From an uncultured Candidatus Peribacteria bacterium (GTDB lineage: Bacteria > Patescibacteriota > Gracilibacteria > UBA1369 > LOWO2-01-FULL-3), in assembly GCA_964499425.1 (NCBI GenBank), contig CAZCLD010000002.1:1-51751 (forward strand): a DNA stretch of 51,751 nt, given 5' to 3'. A model generated the notes under the pieces. That model did no database searches and had not been told where the DNA came from. It saw nothing but the letters and a program-made list of their open reading frames with translations. Position numbers and translations under genes: made by a program. Shown piece by piece: positions 28,308 through 39,000 of the stretch; within the stretch, counting starts at the first letter, position 1; each line of letters opens with the position of its first letter.

Positions 28308-30995
28308 ATGGCAGATCTTTCTGAGGAAAATTTGGAAGCAAAACAAGATGAATTTGAGGGTGAGCAGTTGGATGCTGTGAATGCTTTGGAAGCCGCTAAT
28401 CCTGACAATGTTGATCTTGGAGGTGCTAATCCACTTGCAGTCCAAATTGGTCTGATCAGTACTGATACAGTTGACGCCATTAATGAGGCAATGCCAAATC
28501 ATAACCTTCTTTTTCAGAGAGCTCTTGCGAAAGAACGTGGAAGCAGGCCAGGGCCTGATGCCTTTAAACATGCTTTTCGTTCTGTGTATGGGAAATTCTT
28601 GCTTGAGGAGGGCGATACACAGTTGGAGGCAGACGGTAGCCCTCTTATGACTAAGCTCAAGGCTGTTCTAAAATTCCCCGTTGGACCAACTGGATTACAA
28701 GGTCGAACTGAGTTATTGGCTGCAGTTCGAAGGCTTAAGATGCTCCGAGTTGCTGGAACGATTGATCCCGATGAAATGATTAATAATGCTTTTGCTACAA
28801 GTAAAACGGCCGGAGAGCGAAAGGGACTTGAAAGGGAATATAATGATGAAGTCAAAGCACAAAAGAAACTCAAGACCCTCTATGATTTTTTTAGTGAGTC
28901 TGAGAATATTGATGCCCTTACAGAACCATTCACTGAATTGAAGACCCTAGTCGTTCCCCCGGCTGCTGGTGATGAGCCCTTTAACTCTAAGATTCGAGCT
29001 CTATCAAATGAAATTGATGGATTAAAGTCAGCGCGAAACGCAGTGAAAAACATGAATGAAAACCAGATTTCACAGGAGGTAGATAAATTAGAGAGGATCC
29101 ACATAAGAGACAATCCCGGTGTTCCATTTGATCGTGATAGGGCAGCTGAAGATCTGAGAACAAGGCCTAATACACAGAGGAATGAGCTTTCTACAGAGAT
29201 AGCAGAGAAAGATCTTGAATTATCGAGATTAACGGAGGTTAAAGCTAAGGCTGAGGCCTTTAGAAAGATACTGTCTGAATTGGTCACTAAGCTAAAACTA
29301 GCTGATGAATTTGGTCTGAAGGATAGCTTCACAGTTACAAATCCTGATGGCACTACGGTAGATCATGCTGTATCAGATTTGGATACTGAATTAGGTGATA
29401 TAAGGCTTACTGATAACGACTTTCATCCACAACAATTGATTGAGCTGTATGAAAAGTTTGGTGGGTTTTTTGAGGACAATGTTCAGGTTGATGATTTTCT
29501 TGAGAGTTTTGATCAAAAGATGGCTGACCAGGATGATGATGTAGATAAAGCTAAGAGAAAGCTATCTACTGCCAAAAGTGAGGTTTCTCTAGTTTCTAAT
29601 CTGTCTGATGCGGCTGCGGGTAAGCGCCTTATTGCCGCTATAGTTGCGGAACAAAATCCCGAGATGAGCCTGGCTGATCAACAAAAGCTAGCTTCGTTAA
29701 TTCTAGCGGATGATGTCGCCACTATGCAGACCGAGGCTGATTATGATGAGCTGGCTAAGCGTGGCAGTGCTGAGCTTATAGATACCGTTAGACAGGCCGG
29801 TTTTCAGCGTAAATTAATCGGACTTCAATATGAGGAGGGTGGTAGTACTCAGCACCCTTTCAAGGATCTTAAGCCAGAGGACTTTGATACTTGGCCTAAG
29901 ATTGAGAGACTCTTTAAGATCGGCCGACTTAATCATCAAAATGGATTTTTGGTTTTAGCAGCTTTCAAAAATTATGATGGATTTAGAAGCACCCCTTCTA
30001 TCCAGTCTGTTAAGCTGGAGAAAAAGCTTAAAGAAGCCATAGCTGAGGAATTGGGAGTAGATGAGCGTATGGATGAGTCTGGAGTTAGTAAGATTCTTAA
30101 CAAAGCGTTCGCTGATCAAATGAAGAAAGCGACGCAACTTGTCGACGCCTATTTTACTCACCATGACAGGAATGTTGATGACTGGGATTTTGATAAAATT
30201 AATGAGTTAAATTTAAGATACAAGCATATATGTGAATTACGTAAACGAGGTAAACATGGGGGCATTACGAATGAAGTCTTTAAAAAGAGATTGGATGATC
30301 TTATTGAGGAGGCAGAGGATGCTGAGCTTATTGATCAAGTCGACTTTTCTCAGAATACTATTTTGGCTGAATTTTGGAATAGTCCTTTTTCTCAGTGGTT
30401 TAGAGATAGAGGCCACGATGTCGGCAAATATCTGGGCAGGAAATCTGGATCTGTACTTATGAGTGGCGTAAAACTAGGCCTGCATGGAGTCTGGGGCACA
30501 ACAAAATTGGGATTGAGTGGTGCTTATCAGACTGCTATGGCACCTGTAAGGCTTGCTAAATATCCTTTAATGGTTGCCGCTAAGCCCTTTGTGGGATTTA
30601 TAAATTTGTTTAGACGTCAGAAATGGACTCCATTACCAAGGATTCGAGATACTGTTAGGAATGATGCTGGCCGTGTTGCTGGGTATTTTAAGGAGAAGGC
30701 TACAGGCACCGCGCAAGGCGCCGGGGAAAAGCTCACAACCATTCCTGTTAATGAATGGAATCAGGTAAGCTACGATCATAAGAATTATGCAGAACGCTCA
30801 AAGTTGGATCCTTCATCCTTGAAAGAGCAAGCCGAGGAATTGAAAGAGAAAGGAGATCCTACTCCGCTTCAAGTTGCTGGCTCCCCCTATATTAGTCTTG
30901 ATAGATATAAGAAGGAACTTGCTGATTTGGATAAGATCCTCGGTCAAAAGCCTGTTGAGGAGCGAGGTGACGACACTAAAACTGAGGCCGCTTAA
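28308..30995 (+). CDS. Orphan 895-aa acidic helical protein with C-terminal Gly/Ala-rich amphipathic/hydrophobic module
   Basis: Long uninterrupted ORF. The hydrophobic block is SGSVLMSGVKLGLHGVWGTTKLGLSGAYQTAMAPVRLAKYPLMVAAKPFVGFINLF. No catalytic motif recognised. Confidence 0.8.
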   Translation: MADLSEENLEAKQDEFEGEQLDAVNALEAANPDNVDLGGANPLAVQIGLISTDTVDAINEAMPNHNLLFQRALAKERGSRPGPDAFKHAFRSVYGKFLLEEGDTQLEADGSPLMTKLKAVLKFPVGPTGLQGRTELLAAVRRLKMLRVAGTIDPDEMINNAFATSKTAGERKGLEREYNDEVKAQKKLKTLYDFFSESENIDALTEPFTELKTLVVPPAAGDEPFNSKIRALSNEIDGLKSARNAVKNMNENQISQEVDKLERIHIRDNPGVPFDRDRAAEDLRTRPNTQRNELSTEIAEKDLELSRLTEVKAKAEAFRKILSELVTKLKLADEFGLKDSFTVTNPDGTTVDHAVSDLDTELGDIRLTDNDFHPQQLIELYEKFGGFFEDNVQVDDFLESFDQKMADQDDDVDKAKRKLSTAKSEVSLVSNLSDAAAGKRLIAAIVAEQNPEMSLADQQKLASLILADDVATMQTEADYDELAKRGSAELIDTVRQAGFQRKLIGLQYEEGGSTQHPFKDLKPEDFDTWPKIERLFKIGRLNHQNGFLVLAAFKNYDGFRSTPSIQSVKLEKKLKEAIAEELGVDERMDESGVSKILNKAFADQMKKATQLVDAYFTHHDRNVDDWDFDKINELNLRYKHICELRKRGKHGGITNEVFKKRLDDLIEEAEDAELIDQVDFSQNTILAEFWNSPFSQWFRDRGHDVGKYLGRKSGSVLMSGVKLGLHGVWGTTKLGLSGAYQTAMAPVRLAKYPLMVAAKPFVGFINLFRRQKWTPLPRIRDTVRNDAGRVAGYFKEKATGTAQGAGEKLTTIPVNEWNQVSYDHKNYAERSKLDPSSLKEQAEELKEKGDPTPLQVAGSPYISLDRYKKELADLDKILGQKPVEERGDDTKTEAA

Positions 30996-31006
30996 ATTAA
31001 ATAATT

Positions 31007-31393
31007 ATGACAAAGAAAAATCAAAAAATCACTGATGAAGACAAAGAGGTAATTGATACTCTCGTATTGGCAGATGTCGTATATGATGCTGTTCTTAGTG
31101 AATTGAATCTGGGAGATGACCCCCTTTATAAGCAACTTGTTCTAAATATGCTAAAACGACAGACTAAAAATCACATCGTTTTCAGTATTTGGAATAATTT
31201 GACCGATGAGCAGTCTAAACACCTGCGACAATATATTAATCAGAGTGCTAAAACTGCACCTTGGATGCGTGAGGATGACATTTTGATGGAATTTGCGCAA
31301 ATGTACCCCGATCTGAAGGAGAAGATTTTTGCTGGTTTGACTGAGTTTTTCCAGAGATTCATTGATAAATTCAATGAGATTAGTGAGGCGTAG
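31007..31393 (+). CDS. Orphan small helical protein (128 aa)
   Basis: Starts 11 nt after the upstream gene. It appears acidic and helix-prone, with no TM segment. Confidence 0.7.
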   Translation: MTKKNQKITDEDKEVIDTLVLADVVYDAVLSELNLGDDPLYKQLVLNMLKRQTKNHIVFSIWNNLTDEQSKHLRQYINQSAKTAPWMREDDILMEFAQMYPDLKEKIFAGLTEFFQRFIDKFNEISEA

Positions 31394-31422
31394 GATTTGA
31401 GGTGTTTTTCGCCATTTGATAC

Positions 31423-31451
31423 TTGTGAAAAAGGCCTTTTTTTGGTATAAT
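31423..31451 (+). promoter_or_regulatory. Internal promoter (TTGTGA-17-TGgTATAAT), predicted leaderless start for the 1277-aa gene
   Basis: -35 at 31423-31428 and a perfect TATAAT with TG extension at 31446-31451. ATG 31459 lies 7 nt downstream. Confidence 0.5.
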
Positions 31452-31458
31452 TATATGA

Positions 31459-34400
31459 ATGGAAAACAAAAATAAAAACAGTTTTATGGTTAAACGACGT
31501 ATTTTTTATGAAAATCGCTCGGTCTATAAGGATGGCCCTCCTGAAGTGGCTGCCGAAAAAACTGCTGATGAGAGAGCTCTAGATCAGGTCAAAACTCTTT
31601 ACGAAAAGGCTGGTTTACCTGAAACTGAGAAAGACAGGGTTTCGAAGGAGATTTTTGATTCCCTAAAAGCAGCTCTTAAGACTAAGAAAATCGACCTCAA
31701 GGTGGCGAGCGAGGCCCTTGCTTCTGGTAAGGCAAAGCATTTATCTGCTTTGGTTGCTGCCCTTTTAAAGAATCCTGATGTTACTAAACTCGATCCAGCT
31801 CTCATAGAATCAGCAGAAAAGGAATTAAAATTGCCTGAATTTGTGGCAATGGTTAAGCATAAAGGTGCTAAAGATAGAGCAAAGCTCAAAGGTGAGGCTG
31901 CGCGTGAAAGACTTAAGGATGAGCTTCCTGAGCTTCCTCGGAAGGCCCCGCTTTCTAAGGAGGACTTCATCAAGAAAATTGACAGTGGAGAGGAACAACA
32001 CTCGCTAGATCCTATTAAAATCGCTGTTAAAAGGGAGAAACACCAGATAAATGCGGACAAATGGGATCATTCGAGCATTGATGGTCTTCGTAGAATATAT
32101 GCAGACGCTAAAAAAGTTCTTGGCCCTAAAAAGATAAATACGCCTTTCTATAAGTCTCTTTTTGCGACCTTAGCTAATGCCGCTGACGAGAGCACTAATC
32201 ATTACAGGGGTTTAAAAGATGAAAACTATGTAGCCTGGTTTAAGAATCCAATTAAATATCGAGAAAATTTGATGACTCTACCTGCTAAACCTGGAGGGTT
32301 TTGGGGAGGTGAGCAATTTGTTAGGGCCCATGAGCATTTACACTATCTACAGAGTGAGGTCTTAAATTCTCAGGATGTTGCACATGTCGCCACTCTTGCT
32401 AAGCAGGAGGGCATGGATTCTGACCCTGTGGCCACAAAAGTGACAGATTTCTTTTCTAGGAATTTATCAAAGATGCAGAAAGCCGTTAAGGAGCGGGATT
32501 ATGCGACTATGGGTCTTTATGCAGTAGGTATTTATGCTTTGTACAAGTCAATTGAGAAACTATCAGGTGGTAAGGACAGCAAAATCCGTAAGTGGCTTTT
32601 GTATGGTGTTGCCGCTTATGCCGGTCACCGATTTTTGCAGAATGCGGGTTATGATATTTTGAAAATGACTGGATTCAAGGATAGAGATTATGAAGTTGCA
32701 GGGACTCCTTTTGAGATTATGGATCAATTCCTTAAAGGTAAACCTGAATACAAGGAATATGATCATTCTGTGGCTTTTAGAGTTTCTGAGGTTAAACTAA
32801 CTACAATGGAGAAGCTTCTTGATAAAACGAACAAGAAGGGTGACTTCTTCATTCATCCAGCGGATTTTCCTTCGATATTTCCAAAATTAGCTAAGGAACA
32901 TCCATTTGAGATGGGACTTGCTGAGCGTGGACTTAGCGACAGCGAGGGAATGAGTAATAAAAAATTGACTGCAGCTCAGAGAGAGTATATTCGGGTCGGA
33001 AAACAACTTTACCTTACCGCTAAAGCAATGCGGACTATTTATGAGGAAACTTTGTATATTGATGAAGAATCCCCCTATCACAATATTCCTTATGAGCAAG
33101 CCCTTAAGGACCCTAGTCGTAAATTTGGTAAGGTGCGACATTTACTTTGGGCAGCTCGAGGATATGCGACTCCGGACGCTGAGACACCTATGTTTGAGAG
33201 AGGTGTTAAACAGGCACAGGAACATTTGGCAGAAGTGTTTAAAGGAGAGGAAATTGTTGATGAAGCCATGGGAGGTGGCCACTTTTCGGGCACTTTGAAG
33301 GGTTTTCCGGTTGTGTTTGTGAAAGATGGAGAGAGTTATAAAGTATATTTGAGGAATAACTATAAGGATGTTCGAAATCCAGGAAATAAATTTACGAAAG
33401 TTCCATTGAAGGGCCCTAGAGCTGCCGCTCAAGCGAGCATTGCTTTGCGAGCCGTTGACAAGAGAATGGAAGATCTCATGGCGCCATTGCAGAATGCTGG
33501 TGGCAGAGTTTTGTCTAAGCCTACGTACGTTGATAGTGAATGGCAGACCGAAGTTGAATTGCCTGCTGCAGCTGAGTTTGGAGTTGCGACTGGGGCAAAA
33601 CGAAGAGGTATTTTGAAACCAAGGGAAGATGGCACTGGTGTAGTATTCTTTGTTGAGGGTACAGCCGTTAGAATTAATGTTGATGAATCTATTGCTAAGC
33701 AATACGAGGCAGCCCTATCCGTTGTACCGAAAATTACTTCTCAGAGAGAATTTCATGCCCTTAAAGTATTTGGAAATGGAAGACGTCTTAGACTCGAGGA
33801 TCCGACTCCTGGAGACAAGAAGCTCGACCTAATTATTGGCAAGGGTAAACATAAATTGGAAGTTACTTATGACCCTGGGGCAGACAAGTTCTCTGTTGAT
33901 GCAGCTTTAGAGGCAGCATTGGTCAAGAACCCTGCTTTCAGGAAGGAATATATCGAGGCACTTAGTGCTGACGATCATTTTGAATTGAATAAAACGTCAA
34001 ATGAGTTGAAGGAACTGATCAAGCAGTCCTGTCCGCAAGGGTTCTTGAAGTACTTTTTCAAATCCTTATCTAATTCAACTCTTAGGGGACCCCTCAGTGG
34101 TATAAACACCGACATGTTAAGTGGTAGCGTTCCAAACAATTTCACTAATATGATCGTTGAGTCTACAAAACAGCAGGCTTTTCATAAACTTCAGCAAAGA
34201 TTGAAGGGCGCTACTGATTTGGCTACTGTGGAGACCTTGAGGAAGGATGTGTTAGCTGACTTAAACACTGAGCTCAAGGTAGTTTATGACTCAATCTCTA
34301 GAGAGAATAGAAGGCGTACCGCCGCTGGTCAAGATTGGCAGAGAATGGAGTTTATGCTCAAGGTTGTGGATAAAGTTCGAGCTGCTGGATCACAAAGTAC

Positions 34401-35292
34401 ACAGTATACATTGGCAAGAATGGACCTTGAAAATGTTGCTTATAAGATGAATCTCCCTGGTCTTGCTACTGCCTCTGATGCTAATGAGGCATCTCATCAT
34501 TCAGTTCAAAAACTTATGGGTGTTTTCACCTATTATACCGCTCATTTAGATGATTCTGCCTTGGATAGTTTAACATATCCACCAAAGGTTGATCCGGCCC
34601 ATGCGGCTGATCCAACTAAGGATCCTAAACTCAGAGGTCATTATGCCCTTAATTACTTGGAATACGTTAAGGACCGCATTGCTAATGAGGCGCCAAAAAT
34701 TACAAGAGGAAAGTCACTGAGTCCTGGATTACTCCCGCACCCTAGTGATAGGAGGTGGAATATTGACGATTTTGATACTTGGTTAGCGACTAGTGGGAAT
34801 TATGATGCTCTTGATCCTTTGGATAATAAGCCTGCGTTTGCACATGATCTTAATGATCATAAGGAAGGGCCTGGTAAAAAACCAAAGCATACCCCACTTG
34901 ATCTTGAGTATAAAAGACGGCTTGTTGAAGCCAAAGATATGCTAATGACTCATGTGGGCGCGGATTTGAATATCATTGAATTGGAAAAGTATCTTAACAA
35001 TAGATCTAACGATGAAGATGAGATTGGTTTGTTCGATAAATACAGGAGTCCAAGTACAGGTAAAGTTACTTCCAAGATTTGGGAGGATACTGACTCAATA
35101 GCTGCGACTGCAGGTACAAGGAGATCGGTACAAATCAGGCTTTTAAATCAGAAAGTTAATGAATTTTTGGATTTTGTATTTAACGCAAAAGATCCAAACT
35201 CCGGCAATCTGAGATTCTTCATAAATAAACCTGGGGTCTGGGAGAGGATCAAAAAGTATTACTACAAAATTAAATATAAATTAGATCTCTAG
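31459..35292 (+). CDS. Orphan 1277-aa protein with a bilobed hydrophobic hairpin
   Basis: Long ORF. Two adjacent hydrophobic helices (ATMGLYAVGIYALYKSI ... IRKWLLYGVAAYAGHRFL, nt 32497-32637) lie in an otherwise soluble K/E-rich protein. Confidence 0.8.
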   Translation: MENKNKNSFMVKRRIFYENRSVYKDGPPEVAAEKTADERALDQVKTLYEKAGLPETEKDRVSKEIFDSLKAALKTKKIDLKVASEALASGKAKHLSALVAALLKNPDVTKLDPALIESAEKELKLPEFVAMVKHKGAKDRAKLKGEAARERLKDELPELPRKAPLSKEDFIKKIDSGEEQHSLDPIKIAVKREKHQINADKWDHSSIDGLRRIYADAKKVLGPKKINTPFYKSLFATLANAADESTNHYRGLKDENYVAWFKNPIKYRENLMTLPAKPGGFWGGEQFVRAHEHLHYLQSEVLNSQDVAHVATLAKQEGMDSDPVATKVTDFFSRNLSKMQKAVKERDYATMGLYAVGIYALYKSIEKLSGGKDSKIRKWLLYGVAAYAGHRFLQNAGYDILKMTGFKDRDYEVAGTPFEIMDQFLKGKPEYKEYDHSVAFRVSEVKLTTMEKLLDKTNKKGDFFIHPADFPSIFPKLAKEHPFEMGLAERGLSDSEGMSNKKLTAAQREYIRVGKQLYLTAKAMRTIYEETLYIDEESPYHNIPYEQALKDPSRKFGKVRHLLWAARGYATPDAETPMFERGVKQAQEHLAEVFKGEEIVDEAMGGGHFSGTLKGFPVVFVKDGESYKVYLRNNYKDVRNPGNKFTKVPLKGPRAAAQASIALRAVDKRMEDLMAPLQNAGGRVLSKPTYVDSEWQTEVELPAAAEFGVATGAKRRGILKPREDGTGVVFFVEGTAVRINVDESIAKQYEAALSVVPKITSQREFHALKVFGNGRRLRLEDPTPGDKKLDLIIGKGKHKLEVTYDPGADKFSVDAALEAALVKNPAFRKEYIEALSADDHFELNKTSNELKELIKQSCPQGFLKYFFKSLSNSTLRGPLSGINTDMLSGSVPNNFTNMIVESTKQQAFHKLQQRLKGATDLATVETLRKDVLADLNTELKVVYDSISRENRRRTAAGQDWQRMEFMLKVVDKVRAAGSQSTQYTLARMDLENVAYKMNLPGLATASDANEASHHSVQKLMGVFTYYTAHLDDSALDSLTYPPKVDPAHAADPTKDPKLRGHYALNYLEYVKDRIANEAPKITRGKSLSPGLLPHPSDRRWNIDDFDTWLATSGNYDALDPLDNKPAFAHDLNDHKEGPGKKPKHTPLDLEYKRRLVEAKDMLMTHVGADLNIIELEKYLNNRSNDEDEIGLFDKYRSPSTGKVTSKIWEDTDSIAATAGTRRSVQIRLLNQKVNEFLDFVFNAKDPNSGNLRFFINKPGVWERIKKYYYKIKYKLDL

Positions 35293-35293
35293 T

Positions 35294-36073
35294 ATGACTC
35301 CTGATCCCCCAGAAAAACAGAAGACACCGGTTGAGAAAGCTGGCTTCATAAAACTTGAGTATTATCGTCAGAGATATCCAGAGCCTATTCCGGAACCTGA
35401 ACTTGATCAATTGATTAAGTATGTTCGTCGAGATGGCAAGAACTTCTTGGTGCCAAAGAGAATGGTTAATGGGAAACCACATGGCAAAGTCTATATAAGG
35501 ATGACACCCTCTCGATATATGAGATTCCTATATACAAAGAATATTGAATATATTACTCGAAGAAAGAGAGCTTATGATGCGGCAATTAGTAGGTACAAAT
35601 TGGAGCACAGGAAATTGCAAACCTATGGTGCTACCTCAATCAGAAGGGGTGAGACACATGACAGCGAGCGGACTTCTCTTGAGAGCAGAATAGAGATTAT
35701 GCTCCATAATTGGCGTCTTAAATACAGGAACAAGGGCAGTTCCCCAAGTGCTAAGAGGGCCCTTGGGAAAATCAAGGCTCTACAGCGCAAGTTGGCTAGG
35801 ATGAAACCTCAAACCTCTGGCGAATTATTGACGGGTACTTTCAATAAATACCATTTTGATGTTGATAAATTGAATGCGGCTGCAGACAAACATGCTGCTG
35901 GGGATCGACTTGTTCTACGGGGAGTAAGAAAGATTACTAAATTCACTGGTCACCTCGTAGATCTGCAAAAATTCTATACAGAAGAGATTGGCTTTCTTGA
36001 AGACCAATATGTCGAACCTCTTACATTAAGAATTAATATTAATCGCGCCTATAGGGAGCCACTTAAAAAATAA
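35294..36073 (+). CDS. Orphan basic (K/R-rich) 259-aa protein
   Basis: Starts 1 nt after the upstream stop. It is rich in R/K/Y and matches no family I recognise. Confidence 0.7.
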   Translation: MTPDPPEKQKTPVEKAGFIKLEYYRQRYPEPIPEPELDQLIKYVRRDGKNFLVPKRMVNGKPHGKVYIRMTPSRYMRFLYTKNIEYITRRKRAYDAAISRYKLEHRKLQTYGATSIRRGETHDSERTSLESRIEIMLHNWRLKYRNKGSSPSAKRALGKIKALQRKLARMKPQTSGELLTGTFNKYHFDVDKLNAAADKHAAGDRLVLRGVRKITKFTGHLVDLQKFYTEEIGFLEDQYVEPLTLRININRAYREPLKK

Positions 36074-36083
36074 ACATACAATT

Positions 36084-39000
36084 ATGTCTAAAGAAAAACC
36101 AAAAAAAGAAAATCTCAAGGAAGCCATTAAACGTATGGCTCCAGAGTATGTTGATGGAGTAATGAACACCTACGATCAGTTGAATGATACGATTTCGAAG
36201 GGTTTAATTACATCACCTGAAATTGCTGACGATTTAGCTTCAGCCCAGGATCAGCTTGATGAAATTAGTAGAACCTTAATTGATGAGGCCCAAAGACCTG
36301 ATTTGGATGAACAGCTTGAAAATCAGAAAAGGGCCTTGGTTGAGGATTTTGTGAGCGAGTTGGATGAGATCAGTAGTGAAGTTTTGGGAGCGGTTCTTGA
36401 GCCACCCAGAAGCCTCGAACTTGAAAAGGTAAAACCTTCTGGTTTTGCTCGTCTTCGTGAAGCCGCTGAGGGAGAAGAAGTTATTAATCAGTTTTCCAAT
36501 GCTCAGAAATTGGAAATGCTGGAAGCTCTCACAGCCTCAATATCTGACAACCAAAAGCTGCAACTACAGCAAATTGCCATTCTAAAACAGGTTTTGCAGT
36601 CTATCAGGCGAGATATTAAAGAGGCTGAAAAGTTTGGTCCAGGGGAAAATACTTGGGGTGAGTGGTGGACTCAGAAGACGGAGCTTGAGAGTACTACTTA
36701 CCTTCGCCTACATCGTATTAACCATTGGATTAGGGAGCTTGATGCAATGGCTGTTGAAATATCTAAACCAACTGATTGGGTTTATGAAAGAAAAGAAACT
36801 GAGTTGCCATCAAATTTGCCTGCCAATCTAAAGGGAAAAGGCTTTTATACTGATCAAAATGGCAAACTTCGAAGGGCTGATTATGATGGAGTATACGAAA
36901 TTCAGGCAGATGACTCAGTTCTTTATACTAGTTCAGATGGTATGATTCATAAGTTGCCTCCAGGCGGTAAAGTGGATACAACATGGGCAGCACTACCAGT
37001 CAAAGAACCAAAGGGGCTACCTTATAATCTCAAAGGAAAGGGATTCTTTAAGGATGCTAATGGTGACTTGCGAAGAAAAGATTTTCCTGGCACATATGAG
37101 TTGAAGAAGGGGGGAGTTCTTGTCTATACCTATCCTGATGGCTCAAGATCTACTTTAGCCGCTGGGTATAATATTGATTCGACGACAAGTTTTCTTGGTT
37201 GGGACAAAGAAAAGGTCAAAGAACCCAAGGATTTGCCAAAAAATCTACGAAAGAAGGGCTTTTTCAACGATGCAGATGGTGCCTTGCGTAGGCAAGGGTT
37301 TTCAGGTGTGTATGAACTCAAGGCAGATGGTTCCCTTGTCTATGTAGATGATTATGGGATAAAGCAGACTTTGCCCCCTGGAGGTCGGATGGATACCAAG
37401 AAATTAGCAGACCTTATCGATCCAAAAATGACATCTCTCCTTAGGGGATATGACCAGGGAAGGCGATTCTTTGATAAGACAGGAAGGCTTAGAACACCTG
37501 GGAATTTCAGCCAGTTGCAAACCCATTACATTGCCTTAATTGATCATATGAGAGATAGAAGGGATTATGCCTCTGCAGAAAGATTGATTGAAGACAATTT
37601 GTTGGCTCCTTATTTTGTTGAGGCAAGAGAAAAAATCAGTGCAAAAGATAAAGCGAGATTGCGCAGGGTCGCAAGGGCAAGAATAAATAAAATCCTGACA
37701 GAGGAGGTTTTGGAAAAATGGGGCGAAGGCGACCCCGCCAAAGGGATACCACCTATGACGGAAGAGCAGCAAAACTTATATAGGGATCAATTGATTGAGG
37801 AAGAATTTGTAAGAAGACAGAATCACTTCTTAAGGGAATGGAACGATGGTCGCCCCTTTAAGGTGAAGGGACATGAAAAAACAATAATGGAACAGTACAG
37901 AAGTATTTCTGGTGCTGGAAGTGCGATAGCAGACGCAACTTGGGATATGATAATTGAAGAGGTTGCTATCAATGCACCTTTGATTGTTGCTTCTGGTGGT
38001 GCCGCATCGGTTGTCCGAGCTGGTCTTACTGCAGGCGCACGTGGTTTGATAGCTACGGGCCGATTTGCACGAATTGGTCTCGTTACAGGACGTGCCTTGA
38101 GAGCCGGTGTGATGGTGGAAAATGCTGTTACGGCTACTAGTGGTGTAGGTAGAGCCCTGTACTGGGGAGGTCGTGGAGCTGGATTACTTGCAGAGGGTGC
38201 TGTATTCGAGGTGTTACATACAAAATTGCAAGGGCATGACTTTTTTGATGAAAACTTGCCGCCTTGGTGGAAGAGGATTCTTTGGACTTCCGCTACTTTG
38301 GGCGCTTTCCATCTTTCAGGTGCAAAAGCTAGACAACTAAATAAGTATATAAAGAAGAATGCTACGAAGCTTTTTCCCGAAGCAGCTATTCGAACTAAAA
38401 TCATGGCAGCTTCTACCATTCTTAATGCCGAAGCATTCACCATGTTAGCGGTTGGATGTGTAAGACATTATGCGGAAGTTGGTGATTTAGAGGATTGGGA
38501 ATTAGTAGATGAGTTACTTAGATCCTATATGGCCGTTGGTGCTCTTCATGTAGCTGGTGGAACAGTAAAAATTGGCACACGTGTATTTAGGCCAACACCA
38601 CGACCTGGAGGAACTGGCGAAGGTACGACAACAAGTCCTCCAAGTACTCCAAAACCTGCAACTGGCCGTGTAAGGCGCTCAAGGCCTGCTAGACGGTCAA
38701 GGCCTAAAAGGCGTGCAAGACGGTCAAGAGTTGCATCAAGAGTTGCCGAAGCTATGAGGACTGAGGGATCTCAAAGCATCGAAGTTTCTAGAGTCAAAGA
38801 TTTTGGAAAAGCTGTTGAAACCTTGGCTAGCAAGGGCTTTAAATTTGAGTTACTTGAGAGCGGGGAAGTTGTTGCCAGAAAAGGTGCTACAGAAATTCAT
38901 TTGAAAGAAGTTGGAGGCTTGAAAGGAAATATTGCTGCTTTACGCGGTAAAGTTGCGTCTTTAACTGAGATGGCAAAAAAGCATCCTGAGGGTGTTGATC

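Noticed and set aside
28163-28480. 106-codon N-terminal extension of the trigger factor ORF
   Set aside because: The extension overlaps the divergent 895-aa gene and its promoter, and its S/A/P-rich sequence is unlike trigger factor. Canonical trigger factor begins at MDYTVKKLPKSEVEI (ATG at 28162).
32329-32343. HEHLH (an HExxH zinc-metalloprotease-like motif) in the 1277-aa protein
   Set aside because: This is a single five-residue match with no downstream third ligand or Met-turn context that I can identify. By rough expectation, one such match across ~5,000 residues of orphan protein is not rare enough to support a protease call.
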